Source: Eledone cirrhosa (taxonomy: Eukaryota). From it: a stretch of DNA of 64,000 nt. How positions within the stretch are numbered: the stretch's first letter is position 1; the number at the start of each line of letters is the position of its first letter. Made by a program: the position numbers and the translations under genes. The notes beneath the pieces are model-generated. The model did not search any database. It saw nothing but the letters and a program-made list of their open reading frames with translations, and had not been told where the DNA came from. The stretch is taken from positions 59,768,001 through 59,832,000 of the forward strand of contig OZ024741.1 in the NCBI GenBank assembly GCA_964016885.1, given 5' to 3'. Shown here piece after piece: positions 1-13,234 of the stretch.

Positions 1-2517
1 GACTTCAACCTCCCCGGAGTTGACTGGTCCACAAACACCCTGCCACCGGGTTCTTCTGCCTCAACCTCTGACAGGGAAGCTGTGGAATCGCTTCTTGACT
101 TCATGGATGATTTCTTCCTATCCCAACTAGTGCTCGAACCAACGAGGTGCCACAAAAACGTCCTAGACTTAATTTTCAGCAATCACACTGACAATATCCA
201 CAATATTGCAGTGGAGAAAACTCTACTCTCTGATCATGACATGGTTCTCTGTGATCTGAGATTCCACCGTCCAATATACAAACCCAATGTCATCTCTCCT
301 GTCCATCCGTTTGACGCTATGGATTTCCACAATGCAAACTGGGAAGCGATCAGTCATGATCTTGCACATGTCGACTGGTCCTTCACGCACATTCATACAC
401 CCACTAACATCAAAAAGTCCTGGCAGACATTTGTGGACACTGTTACAAACACATGTGCTAAACACACCCCATTAAGAACTATAAACAAATCTAAGAGCAG
501 AATCCCTAGAAATAGAAAAACGCTCATCAGAAAAATTAAGAGAACGAACAAAAAAATCAACAAGCTGAAATACTGTCAGCAGCAACACATCAACTTGACT
601 GCCATTTCATCACTAGAGATTAAAAAACATAACCTCCAAAACAACATAATGTCCCTCATCAACAATCAGAGAAGAGCTGAAGAGGCCTGGGCCATTGAGA
701 AGATCAAACTCAATCCCAAAGTGTTCTTTTCATTTGCAAAAAAACACAAAATCACTGGCTCTACTGTTGGCCCTCTAATTGATGAAAATGGCACTCTTCA
801 AGACAATGCTAAAACCATGGGTGAGATACTGCAGAAACAATACTGCTCTGTTTTCAGCAATCCTGATATGGCCGATCTGGGCTGTATCGGCGATGTTACT
901 CCCCATTACACCTTATCGGACATAACGTTTGGCGCCCCTGATGTCTTGGCGGCAATAAAGGAAATCAAGCATAATTCAGCAGTAGGTCCCGATAGGTTCC
1001 CTGCTTGTGTCTTGAAGGCGTGTCAACACCAACTTGCTTCTCCTCTTGCCAATCTGTGGCGGAACTCACTGGATGCTGGATATGTGCCAGAAAACCTTCT
1101 ATCCCAGTCTGTTGTCCCAGTTTTCAAAAAGGGAAACAAATCCCTTGCCGTGAATTACCGTCCAATCTCACTCACCTCTCATATCATTAAGGTATTTGAG
1201 CGAGTGGTGAGATCGCGAATGACCCACTTCCTTGAGAGTAACAATATGCTGAACTCCAACCAGCATGGATTCCGTAATGGAAGGGATTGCCTGACGCAAC
1301 TACTGCATCACTTTGATGACATTTTGAGAGCCTTGGGAGAGGGTTCCAACACTGATGTTATCTACCTTGATTTCAGCAAGGCCTTTGACAGGGTTGATCA
1401 TAACATTCTACTGAGAAAGCTGTCCAATATTGGTGTCACTGGAAAGCTGCTGCAGTGGATCAAGAGCTTCCTGTCAAACAGAACCCAACATGTTGTAGTT
1501 GAGGGAGTCAAATCAAGCCCAGCCAAAGTCAGTAGTGGAGTCCCACAAGGCACTGTGTTGGGCCCACTTCTCTTCATCATCTATATTAATGACATCACTG
1601 ACATCATCAAACACAGCAACATTAACATTTTCGCTGATGATTCCAAGCTCCAAAAGGTCATCAATGGCGTGGATGACCGGATAAGCCTTCAGTCAGACCT
1701 ACTGGCTGTTACCCAATGGGCAGAAAAGAACAACATGTTACTGAACGAAGACAAATTCGAACTGATCCACTTTGGAAAAGAGGATGCTCTGAAACTCCCG
1801 TACTCCCTTCCCTCCGGGGAAACTCTCGTGGCATCTAACAACATCAGAGACTTGGGAGTAACCGTGGACAGCAACATAAGCTGGACCACGCATATAAGCA
1901 GCAAAGTTGACATGGCCCGCAGAATGTGTTCCTGGATCCTCAGAACCTTCCAGTCGAGAGATTCCCGCACCATTATCCTTCTCTTCTCTACTTTCGCCCG
2001 ACCACACCTTGAATACTGTTGTCCACTGTGGTCTCCCCACACGAAACAAAGTATCATGAAACTTGAAGCTCCTCAAAGGGCAATCACGAAAAAGATAGAT
2101 GGCATGTCAGACCTTGACTACTGGGGTCGATTGGAAAACCTGAAACTTTACTCACTCCAACGTCGCCGTGAGCGTTATATTATCTGCATGATGTGGAAAA
2201 TGTTCCATCATCACTGCCCAAATGATGTTGGCATCGCCTTCAAGATACACCCAAGGCTTGGGCCCCGTGCTATCCGTCCCATTCAAAAATCTAAATCGCA
2301 ACTCATAACAACAATACGGCACAATTATTTCACCTCAATCGGCCCTGCTCTCTTCAACATCACACCAGGACACGTCAAAACAGAAACTGACCACACAAAA
2401 TTCAAGAAGTCTTTGGACAAATTCCTCCAAGTAATCCCGGACAAACCACCCACACCCGGATATGTCTCCGCAAACAGTAATTCTCTTCTCGAATGGGCCA
2501 TGGTGCCCAAATCCTGA
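1..2517 (+). CDS. CR1-clade LINE ORF2 (C-terminal part of APE endonuclease + reverse transcriptase), open from the window edge
   Basis: Frame is open from base 1 (DFNLPGVDW; LDLIFSN; SDHD = APE motifs) through RT motifs NYRPISLTS, YLDFSKAFDRV, GVPQGTVLGPLLF, FADD and the CR1-like C-terminus (RPHLEYCCPLWSP, LYSLQRRRERY); no stops to 2517. Confidence 0.92.
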   Translation, partial: DFNLPGVDWSTNTLPPGSSASTSDREAVESLLDFMDDFFLSQLVLEPTRCHKNVLDLIFSNHTDNIHNIAVEKTLLSDHDMVLCDLRFHRPIYKPNVISPVHPFDAMDFHNANWEAISHDLAHVDWSFTHIHTPTNIKKSWQTFVDTVTNTCAKHTPLRTINKSKSRIPRNRKTLIRKIKRTNKKINKLKYCQQQHINLTAISSLEIKKHNLQNNIMSLINNQRRAEEAWAIEKIKLNPKVFFSFAKKHKITGSTVGPLIDENGTLQDNAKTMGEILQKQYCSVFSNPDMADLGCIGDVTPHYTLSDITFGAPDVLAAIKEIKHNSAVGPDRFPACVLKACQHQLASPLANLWRNSLDAGYVPENLLSQSVVPVFKKGNKSLAVNYRPISLTSHIIKVFERVVRSRMTHFLESNNMLNSNQHGFRNGRDCLTQLLHHFDDILRALGEGSNTDVIYLDFSKAFDRVDHNILLRKLSNIGVTGKLLQWIKSFLSNRTQHVVVEGVKSSPAKVSSGVPQGTVLGPLLFIIYINDITDIIKHSNINIFADDSKLQKVINGVDDRISLQSDLLAVTQWAEKNNMLLNEDKFELIHFGKEDALKLPYSLPSGETLVASNNIRDLGVTVDSNISWTTHISSKVDMARRMCSWILRTFQSRDSRTIILLFSTFARPHLEYCCPLWSPHTKQSIMKLEAPQRAITKKIDGMSDLDYWGRLENLKLYSLQRRRERYIICMMWKMFHHHCPNDVGIAFKIHPRLGPRAIRPIQKSKSQLITTIRHNYFTSIGPALFNITPGHVKTETDHTKFKKSLDKFLQVIPDKPPTPGYVSANSNSLLEWAMVPKS

Positions 2518-2611
2518 ATTGAAAGACTTCGCCAGGTGGTGCTATTAAGTTAGACATGGCCTGGGCCAATACTGGCCAAAACATTTCAAAGTTATTCAAA
2601 GTTTTTCAAAG

Positions 2612-2613
<2 letters not shown>
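1..2613 (+). mobile_element. CR1-like LINE, 3' portion with short 3'UTR and (TTCAAAGTT)-type terminal repeats
   Basis: ORF2 is followed by a ~95-bp UTR ending ttcaaagttattcaaagtttttcaaagtt, then (TA)n. Confidence 0.85.
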
Positions 2614-3202
<589 letters not shown>

Positions 3203-3760
3203 TGGGAATTTCATTCCTTTGTCCCAAATTTCGAATTCACCGCCAAAACAGAGGTTACCTCCCTTTGAGAAAACCACGTGTCTATAGCGAAAATTACTGC
3301 TAGAAAACACACCCGCCGAGGCTATAGAACGCAAGACTTGTTGACGAAGTTAATCCTTTGTTCTGTCGTCAAAGGCCATTAACTTGAAGACTCCTGCAAG
3401 CGGAATTAGTCGATCTCGGATTTACGGAAACCTAGCGTGGATGTTGTATGTTATATGTGATGTATATTGTATGCAATAGGTTATGCGTTATGTGTTGCCA
3501 TCGATGTCCACGTGATGGTCCATGTCAGTCAAAATCTTTCCCTGAGTTCAGTTTTTTTCGTTGCTATGGCAATGCTGCTGGACTGTCGGCCGCTATATTT
3601 GATTTGCCAAGCTGTCTAAACGTATTGTTATAACTCTGGGGTATTATTCTCCATCGAGTGCTAAGCTGCATTCCGAATCTGCATTCGTTAGCTTAGGCGC
3701 AGCCAAAAGGTTCGTTAATGCTGTACTAAAATTTGTATATATATATATATATATATATAT

Positions 3761-4114
3761 AGTTTAAGATGGTAGTATGGACGAAAGAAGAGAAGAAAAG
3801 AAAATTTTCATCAGCTGTAAAACCGAGATCAAGAGGTTTCGGCGCTTAATACAGGACATCTAAAACCGATCAGCCGTGCACCCAAGGCCTTTTATCAATC
3901 AAGGGGCAAGGAGAGAAAGAAAAGAAAAAGAAGAGGAAAAAAAGGGAAAAGTAGTGAGGAGAGAGGAAGAATCGACTTTAGATGTCCTGTATTAAGCGCT
4001 GAAACATCTTGGTCTCGGTTTTACTGCTGATGAAGGATTTCATTTCTTCTCTTGTTTCGTCCATACTACCATCTTAAACTTTGTTTACAGTAACCACACA
4101 GATCCTTTCGTTTC
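3761..4114. mobile_element. Fold-back element (arms ~110 bp, 34-bp tail) in (TA)n, probable PLE pLTR remnant
   Basis: agtttaagatggtagtatggacgaaa... (3761-3870) is inverted at 3971-4080; unique tail 4081-4114. Confidence 0.7.
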
Positions 4115-4428
4115 ATATATATATATATCAGAGATACAGACATAAATACATATTTCATTTGTTTTAAAGTTATAAAACAACAAGAAAATCTAATGAAAAT
4201 ATTAAAACCCTCGAGAAGTAGGAATATACAAATTTAATTACCATTATATAATTGACATCTAATCTATTGTGAATTACTTCATTTCGTAACGAGAGGCAAT
4301 TACGTCAGCGTTAAATAATTATATATATATACAGAGAGAGAGAGAGAGAGAGAGAGAGTGAGAAATACATAGAGGTATATATATAGAGGAAGAGGGATAT
4401 ATGTATGTATATATAGAAAAAGAGAGAG

Positions 4429-4485
<57 letters not shown>

Positions 4486-4709
4486 GTTGGATATTTTTGT
4501 CATTCCCAGGATGGTGATTTCCTCCGATGATTTGCCAAGGATCTGTAGATTAATTTTTGCAATATCCTTCGGAAAATACAAACGCACAATTTTAATTTCC
4601 CAAGTGAATTTTGTCGATATTTCACTGTTAACACCCTTGCAAATACACTCAACGTTTTCTACCGCCGGTATTCTATGAATATATGCCTCATTACTGAAGT
4701 GTGTTTGTT

Positions 4710-5032
4710 GAGTTGGATCTCCGTCGGTTCCGACGCCGTGTGTTCCAGTTATACGAACAACGGCAAATCCTGCTCATGATATTAACATGTATGTGGCTGG
4801 GCATGCCATGGACAAGTGCACATTTAACATAGTTGTAGTAGAGTTTCAGCGCAACACAGTGAGACACTAGGTTGTCCTGTTAAATCTTATGTAAAAATTA
4901 TTTTCCCCAGCAAACTGAACTGGAGCAGTGTAAAATAATGTGTTATGCTTAAGGTTACAACGCGCTGATGTGAAGCGAAGTTTGAATCTTGCAATTTCAA
5001 GTCAAACACCATAACCACTAAGCCGTGAGCCT
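4710..5032 (-). mobile_element. Degraded tRNA-derived SINE
   Basis: Minus strand starts aggctcacggcttagtggtt (A-box-like) and resembles the head at 59708; its body resembles 36355-36565. Confidence 0.55.
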
Positions 5033-5099
5033 CTCAAATGTAGATATAATAGTGCTAACATCCTTATACATATATATTCAGTGGACGAAGCATGTTCGA

Positions 5100-5400
5100 A
5101 TTGTCAAGGAATTCGCTTCGCAATCACTAGGTACCAGGCTCAATGTCACTGCGTAGCAATTTAGGCAAGTGTCAACCCCAGCTATGTACGCGAAATCGGA
5201 TAGAAGGCCGTCTGATAGACTGTACCTGTGGTTCAAAAGAGCGTGACTTGTTACACACTGTGTTACGTTAAGTCTCACTGAGAATTAAGTCAATGCTAAA
5301 GGTTTCACTGAAATACTCAGCCACTTACACGTTCATTTCAAGAACGGGCTGTTTTGTTGACCGAAAAATTGGAACACCCATCGTCGAAATCTCTCGGATG
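5100..5400 (+). mobile_element. Degraded SINE (same 3' body family as 57560-57720 and 61100-61190)
   Basis: Shared motif ttgttacacactgtgttacgttaagtctcactgagaat...atactcagccactt. Confidence 0.45.
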
Positions 5401-5423
5401 TCCATTCCATATATATATATAAT

Positions 5424-5729
5424 ATAAGTATGTATACATACATACATATATGTGTACAGATGTACAGTAGTATGTATATTTATACATACATGCACACATA
5501 TATATATCTACGTATGGGTTTGCCGAACATTTATTATTATATATTCGGTTTATAATAAATGTTCGGTAAACCCATACGTACATATATATATATATATCTG
5601 CATGTATGTATATATATATACACATACTACTGTACGTCTGTACACATATATGTATGTACGTATACATACTTATATTTAGGTATCAGCCGTACTAAGAGTG
5701 AGAAATGAAATTTCGTTTCATTCTTTTCC

Positions 5730-5730
<1 letters not shown>
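5424..5730. mobile_element. Solo fold-back derivative of the hammerhead-array family (arms + tail, ribozyme segment absent)
   Basis: Inverted arms centred near 5545; tail tactaagagtgagaaatgaaatttcgttt matches the array tail at 23857-23885. Confidence 0.75.
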
Positions 5731-5762
<32 letters not shown>

Positions 5763-5935
5763 GTGGTAGAACACCGGGAGGTCATATTCGTAGTAGTAGA
5801 GCACTCAGTCCATCAGTCCATCGCACGAGTAGAAGTTAGTTTCACTATTTCTATATATAAACGAGAGATGTTTATTGGTTGATTGGTTGATTGAATCACA
5901 CGAAAACCACACACGCACACACACGCGCGCACGCG

Positions 5936-6009
<74 letters not shown>

Positions 6010-6122
6010 TTCAAAGAGAGGGAGAGATAGAAGGAGAGACAGAAAGAGAAATATAGACCGTTATACAGTGAGAGATAGACCGTTATACAGAGAAAGATAC
6101 AGTTAAAGTGTCAGACATTCAG

Positions 6123-6156
<34 letters not shown>

Positions 6157-6394
6157 AGTAACGTCCCACGAAAGTATAGAAACGGCTTAAACTATAGATC
6201 CTTTGATCTGTGGGAAGGTTTAACAATATTGCGTTAGCTTTTATAAAGATGTCTTTGATTTTACAGAACAAAAAAAAATTGATACTATTTGAAATTAACC
6301 TTTTTTCCAGTTTTTATCCATGTACTACTTTATAGACCTTACTAACGAAGCAACACTTCAGAAGCAATATTGTGTGGTGTATTGCTGTGTTTCA

Positions 6395-6500
6395 GATGAG
6401 TCGTTTGGAGCTGAAAAAGATCATACTGACTATGCTTATTTCACATTTAAAATCCAAGGCCAATGCTACCATTTAATCGGCAGTTTACTCCCCCAGCCTA
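6395..6500 (+). pseudogene. Helitron Rep-region fragment
   Basis: SFGA...FTFKIQGQCYHLIGSLLP, homologous to SFGA...FKVQGQVYHIIGSLQP at 62950-63040. Confidence 0.65.
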
Positions 6501-6529
6501 AAAAGAAAGTTTTATGATTGTTTTTCTTT

Positions 6530-6633
<104 letters not shown>

Positions 6634-6705
6634 TATAACCTCACCTCATACCAGACAACACATCTAATACAGTCGTTTTCTCTTTTATCCACTTTCTCAG
6701 TTCCA

Positions 6706-6803
6706 CTCCTGTAGAAGCCATTTCTATATTAAATATTTATAATCTGTCATGTATTGCGTACCCTACTTACTGTGGTTAACCTCCGATTTAACCCGGGATA
6801 AAC
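6706..6803 (+). mobile_element. Tail fragment of fold-back family C
   Basis: tcctgtagaa...ctatattaaa...cttactgtggttaacctccgatt matches 9778-9873. Confidence 0.65.
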
Positions 6804-6819
6804 ATATATATATATATAT

Positions 6820-7810
6820 ACAGCAGCACAGACTCCACTACAGCAATAAAGAGGCGGATTTTCAGATCTTTACGAGGTTCCGACTTCCACACCGAGCTCA
6901 AGCTGTCGCACGCCTCCCAGGCTTTGCTCTGTCTCTCAACCACATGATCTTCCGTATTCCCAAACTTTGCTCCCAAATACAGGAAGTCCTCAACCAATTC
7001 TAGCGGCTTCCCACCTACATTAGTGATCCCCTCTGGCTTCTCAACATTCCCTACCATATATTTTATTTTAGTCTCATTCATTCTCAGCCCCACACTCATC
7101 GACACAGTCTCAACCCCCTGCATCAAATCATCTGCCTCCTTCACTGTATTTGTCACCAAAACTATGACGTCAGCAAATTCAGCATCTGATATCTTTTCCG
7201 CCTTAACTCTCCTGCTCAGAGCCGGTACTACAGTAAATCCAGAGTCCTGGTGTTTCTCCAGTGCAAGGCGCATACAATAGTCCACTACGATGATAAAAAG
7301 TTAGGGAGCCAATGTATCTCCCTGGAGCACTCCAGCCAGTATCTCAAAGAACTCTGTCATCACATCAGGTGTAATGACTTGGGCTTTGGTGTTGGTGTAG
7401 AGCAGTGATATCAGGTCCACTATCTTCTTGGGGATTCCATAAGCCTGTAAGATCTTCATCAGGCAGTGACCAAGAAACTCACTCAGATGGTGGATGGGTG
7501 CTCCACGAGAATGCTGAGGATGGTTCTGAACATTAATCAGCATAGACTGAGGATGAAAAACTCAGAGCTGTATGGGAGCCTTCCAAAAGTCAGCTCAAAA
7601 GTGACAGAGGAGACTGAGGTTAGCTGGACATGCTCACCGACATCCAGAGTTGAGATTGCACTCAGTGCTCCTGTGGGAGCCCCTACATGGACACACTGGA
7701 AGAGGAAGACCAAGGTTAACGTATGTTGATGCCCTAAGGACAGACGCAGGACATGGCAGCGATAATGAGGGACAGAGACCGCTGGAGAAAACTCGTCCAT
7801 GGATTTTTGG
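6820..7810. mobile_element. RTE-clade LINE insertion with 5' inversion (minus 6820-7465, plus 7466-7810)
   Basis: Minus: GVLQGDTLAP, FADVI, DFLYLG, LKIRLFIAVVESVLLY. Plus: TKKLTQMVDGCSTRMLR...GRGRPRLTYVDAL (RTE C-terminus). Confidence 0.8.
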
Positions 7811-7838
7811 AATTTTACCCGCCCTAGAAAATATATAT

Positions 7839-8015
<177 letters not shown>

Positions 8016-8500
8016 TGTGGGTGCGGTTTAGTTAGGTGTGTAACGTGTAACTACAGTTTCGGGAGGCGCGCCGTTCGAATCACTCATTGCTGCTACGAAG
8101 TCCGTCTCATGTAGGTTGTATTCCAAACTTAAGGCGGCTGTAGTGCGCCGTGTAAATAGATTAAGTCAGTGTTGCAGTATATGAACAAACTTTATTGGCA
8201 TATTACAATTGTTTCGATATTGATCAGCTCAGGGTACAACACACACACACACACATACACATAGAGATGTATGTGCGAAGGGTAATCGTAAACAACAAAG
8301 CAAAAGAAAGAGTACAATGAAGTATTAGTTTTATGCTTGATAAAGTAGGAAATATGTATTAACGTTTATAAAACTAGTCCTTCGCCAGGAGATAGAATGA
8401 GAAACAAAACAAGAAATGCTTTCACTAGGTTTTGAAATAGAGATAATCCTTCACTAGTTTGAGTGGACATGTGATTGTGAGTGCGTGCGTGCGCGCGGGC

Positions 8501-8586
<86 letters not shown>

Positions 8587-9643
8587 ACATGTGTTTATGT
8601 ATGTGTGTGAGTGTTGGGTTGCTTGTGCAAAGTGGTGAATCGATATACATTAGATCAGAACAAAGATGGCTCCTGTGAAAGTGTGGAGGTGGGAGTTAGT
8701 ACGCGCAAGTTGACCAATGCAGAGAGGCATACTTATATATGTGTATCTGCACACATATACATACACATATGTACAGAACTAGTTGCAAGGGTTATAGACA
8801 AATGAGGATGGGACTAAGTTGATCGTAGCCTTGTCTCATTTCGTGGTATGGCCTTAAGAGAAACTGCTTGGCTTCGAGGACGACGAATCGGCGGTACAAC
8901 CGCAAAAAGATAGAGCTATGTAGGGGAGGGCACTGTGTAAATATTGGGAAAAATCTAACACCGATTGTGCTCCAGCTCCGGCATGGTGGGTGCCATGGGA
9001 AAAAAAACGCATGCGCAAGAGATAAAAGAACGTATAAATTCTCAAGCGAAAGTCATGTAGCAGTCGGCATACGTGTATATTCGCTCACATATGCGTGCAT
9101 GTATCTAAATGTATACGGGGATTGGAGGTGGAGGGAGTAGTGTAGGTGGTGTTATACTCACCCTGGGTGCAGATGTATAGTTATATAATGTGTACAAATC
9201 GGGTTGTTTGTATGGACGACAAAATCCTGTGTCTCTTGGGACCTATGGCTCCAATATGATGGATATGCATGTGCGTCAGTAGTGTGCAAAGTTATATATG
9301 TGCGTTGGGTGATATATAGAGATATTGACAACTGACTGTGTGCATTGGTGTGGCAGCTGAAGTCGAGTGTATGTGTGTGTGAGGGCATTGATAAAGGGAG
9401 GTTATAGAAACTGTTTATATGTGTGGTCATACGAGAAAGTAGCACAAAGGCGAAAAATTAAGAACTGCTTGGAGCAGGCGGGAGCGGCTGGAACTATGGG
9501 GTGTAAAATGATGCTTGAGACAGGCAATTGTTGAGTATAGTAGTTGGAGAAACGGAAGTGCCGGGTGACAGGGGTATCTTTTCAGTTATTAATAGGAAGA
9601 GTTGTGATTAATGCATACAAGATTTCACAACTAAATAGATAGA

Positions 9644-9698
<55 letters not shown>

Positions 9699-9703
<5 letters not shown>

Positions 9704-9872
9704 TGAGATTCTACAGGACTAGAGCTGTTTCATTCTTTAGAAATCATCATGATTTCTAAAGAATGAAACAGTTCTAGTCCTGTAGAATCTCATCTATATT
9801 AAAACTTTTATACTCTGCTATGTATTGAGTACCATACTTACTGTGGTTACCTCCGATTCTACCCGGAATAAC

Positions 9873-9873
<1 letters not shown>
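9699..9873. mobile_element. Fold-back family C: near-perfect 99-bp palindrome + 76-bp tail in (TA)n
   Basis: Arms 9699-9747 / 9749-9797; tail shared with 6706-6803 and with 38357-38673 (inverted). Confidence 0.75.
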
Positions 9874-9942
<69 letters not shown>

Positions 9943-10114
9943 GTAAGTTATCGCCTTATTTTGACTAAAGAAATTAAAGAAATTATTTAGCCTGATAGTG
10001 GGGTTAAGAACCCTCGGAGAAACGGAAAAAGATGAGTATTGACGTACATATATATATAGAAAGATAGATAGATAGATAAATATACACTGGTGTATATGTT
10101 TGTGTATAGAAGAT

Positions 10115-10480
10115 TATATTAATAAAAGGAATTCCAACTTTGTCTGATTTACTAGTTTTATTTACAATCCTTTAAAATTTATAATGGTATTAGAATGAAA
10201 TGTTAAGTATTAATTGTTAAGTGTTAATTGAACAAGTAATTTCATGCTTTCGCAATCTTCAGGTTCATATTCTGTGGTGACAGTCAAGTTTGCAATTTTC
10301 AACTGGACAGTTGAAAATTGCAAACAATATGAACCTGAAGATTGCGAAAGCATGAAAGTACTTGTTCAATTAACACTTAACATTTAATATTCTACCATAC
10401 TATTTCATTCTAATACCATTATCAATTTTAAAGGATTGTAAATAAAACGAGTAAATCAGACAAAGTTGGAATTCCTTTTA

Positions 10481-10487
<7 letters not shown>
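10115..10487. mobile_element. ~370-bp fold-back element carrying a hammerhead motif
   Basis: ttaataaaaggaattccaactttgtctg... is inverted at 10450-10485; centre near 10305. Confidence 0.8.
10330..10368 (+). ncRNA. Minimal type-I hammerhead ribozyme motif
   Basis: tgaac-CTGAAGA-t tgc gaaa gca t-GAAA-gtac-TT-gttca: helix I 5 bp, GAAA-capped helix II, palindromic AAGTACTT helix III. Confidence 0.65.
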
Positions 10488-10515
<28 letters not shown>

Positions 10516-10517
<2 letters not shown>

Positions 10518-10619
10518 CGAAGGAAATGTGGTAAAGAACCAGGTGGACCATAACGCACCAAAGTACTCAGAATTAGCCGTCGAAACAGCTTGAGCTCAGC
10601 CGTCGGGGTCCTACTCGTT

Positions 10620-10623
<4 letters not shown>
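10516..10623. mobile_element. Family A element, internally deleted copy
   Basis: Same tail and one arm as 2668-2860. Confidence 0.7.
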
Positions 10624-10703
<80 letters not shown>

Positions 10704-11199
10704 ATACATACATATATATATATAATACATACATACATATATACACACATACATACAAATATTTATTTATACTTACAGTCTGTCCGGATGCTAGATACTC
10801 AGACCGGAGCGTATTACGATTTTATTCAGACCAGATATCTCACCACAGATTTGAGATATCTTATATTTCGATCATGCAAATAGAACGGCTAGAGGCTATG
10901 AAGTGATATGGAAACTTCATTAAACATAGAATTTCTGTAAACGCATCACTTATATCATTTTACCAAACATTTAATTTATATTATTCAAAGATGTGCAGCG
11001 ATGGGAAGGTGTTGAAAGATTGAGATCTGATTTGTTGGAAGTATGTAGTAACGAATATTCACGCAAGGCATCTAAGCTTGGCATAGTTATTTCTCCTTAC
11101 TCTCCATGGCAACTATGGGATTCGTTTACAGTGAAACATACATGAGTGTCTATTTACACATACACAAGGTCCGAACACAATGGAACCAAACTCCCACTG

Positions 11200-11540
11200 T
11201 CACTGCCTCTGTCCCTCCCGCTCGCCCAATCTCTCAGTATTAAGAGCAAATGGGGATTCACCCGCTGGTTTCCCAGGGAGACGCGCTGGAAGAGCCATTC
11301 CAGCTCGCGGATAGCCAAATCTATGCCGATGGTGGTGAGCAGTGAGGTGACCCTAGGGCCAAGGACACAAAATGTCTCGTCTGCCACCGGCTCGACCGCC
11401 CACCAGTCGGAGTGCGACCGATATTTGGAGAGTTTTCCCTCATTGGCCCAAAATAAGGCAGAGCCTGGGTTCGAGGGGTGCCGTGTAAGTGATATCTAAG
11501 CAGATCCACTTAGGAGGGCGTTGATCACATTGTTGATTTT
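11200..11540 (-). pseudogene. 3' fragment of an REL-endonuclease non-LTR retrotransposon (CRE/R2-group-like)
   Basis: ETFCVLGPRVTSLLTTIG...WLFQRVSLGNQRVN resembles the ETxGxxG...LFQRLSxxxQRGN C-terminal motif. Confidence 0.5.
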
Positions 11541-11751
11541 TTATTTTTTGGCATTCATTAGCCTGTTGGATATTTATATTTCTTTTGAGTTGAATTTTTT
11601 CCGATCACTATTTTGTCTTTCTTCCATTCAGAGCTGTCGGAGAACCAACAATAATCTAATGGAAAATAGGCAACATCTGTGTAACATTTCGCGATAAAAA
11701 CGATAACAAAATAGAAATACATATTATTATTGTTACCAAATCATTTTCAGT

Positions 11752-11922
11752 CTGTTGGTTGGCCGTTTGGTCAGTCAGATGGTGGGTCAGTCGGTTGGCT
11801 GCCTTGTCAGTGGGTCGGTTAGTTGGTTGTGATCGGTGGGTCAGTCGGTTGTCGATCGGATTTCGGTTGGCTGGTCGTTCAGTCGATCGGCCGGTGGATT
11901 AGTTGGTCAATCGTTCTGTTGG
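11752..11922. repeat. Degenerate (GGTY)n/(GTCG)n tetranucleotide repeat
   Basis: Direct reading. Confidence 0.7.
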
Positions 11923-12059
11923 AAGTATGGACGCGGTAAGAAGAGATAAAGAGGATGAAGGGAATATATTTTATTTGTATGGTATAATGTGGGTTCTGAA
12001 AATTTGGGTAACATATAAATAACATTTTGCTGATTGTCGTATGTACTAAGTTATAAATC

Positions 12060-12856
<797 letters not shown>

Positions 12857-13186
12857 AATAATCATTTTTTTACCAAATTAATCACAGTTGATTCTTTGTC
12901 AAATGTTCAAATAGTCTAGGGAACAAAACTTTCAACCAAACGTTCAATATGTTTGGATACAGTAAATGCAGTAAATAATGGTCTGATATTAAACTGATCT
13001 GTGTTTATTACAACGCCTATCACATAATGATACTGGCTACACAGTTGCGAAACTAGTCGTGTTATGAGATACTATACGTCTTCATAAATATGTGAACAAA
13101 TATAACCAGAAATACTTTATATTAAAGGAATTATTATTGACTAGCCTGCTATTGACTGCTCCTCATCGCGACCGTTCTCTCTCTCT

Positions 13187-13233
<47 letters not shown>

Positions 13234-13234
13234 A

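Noticed and set aside
3985-4050. Permuted hammerhead (gaaac...ctgatga) in the 3761 fold-back
   Set aside because: Could not build consistent helices around the core by eye
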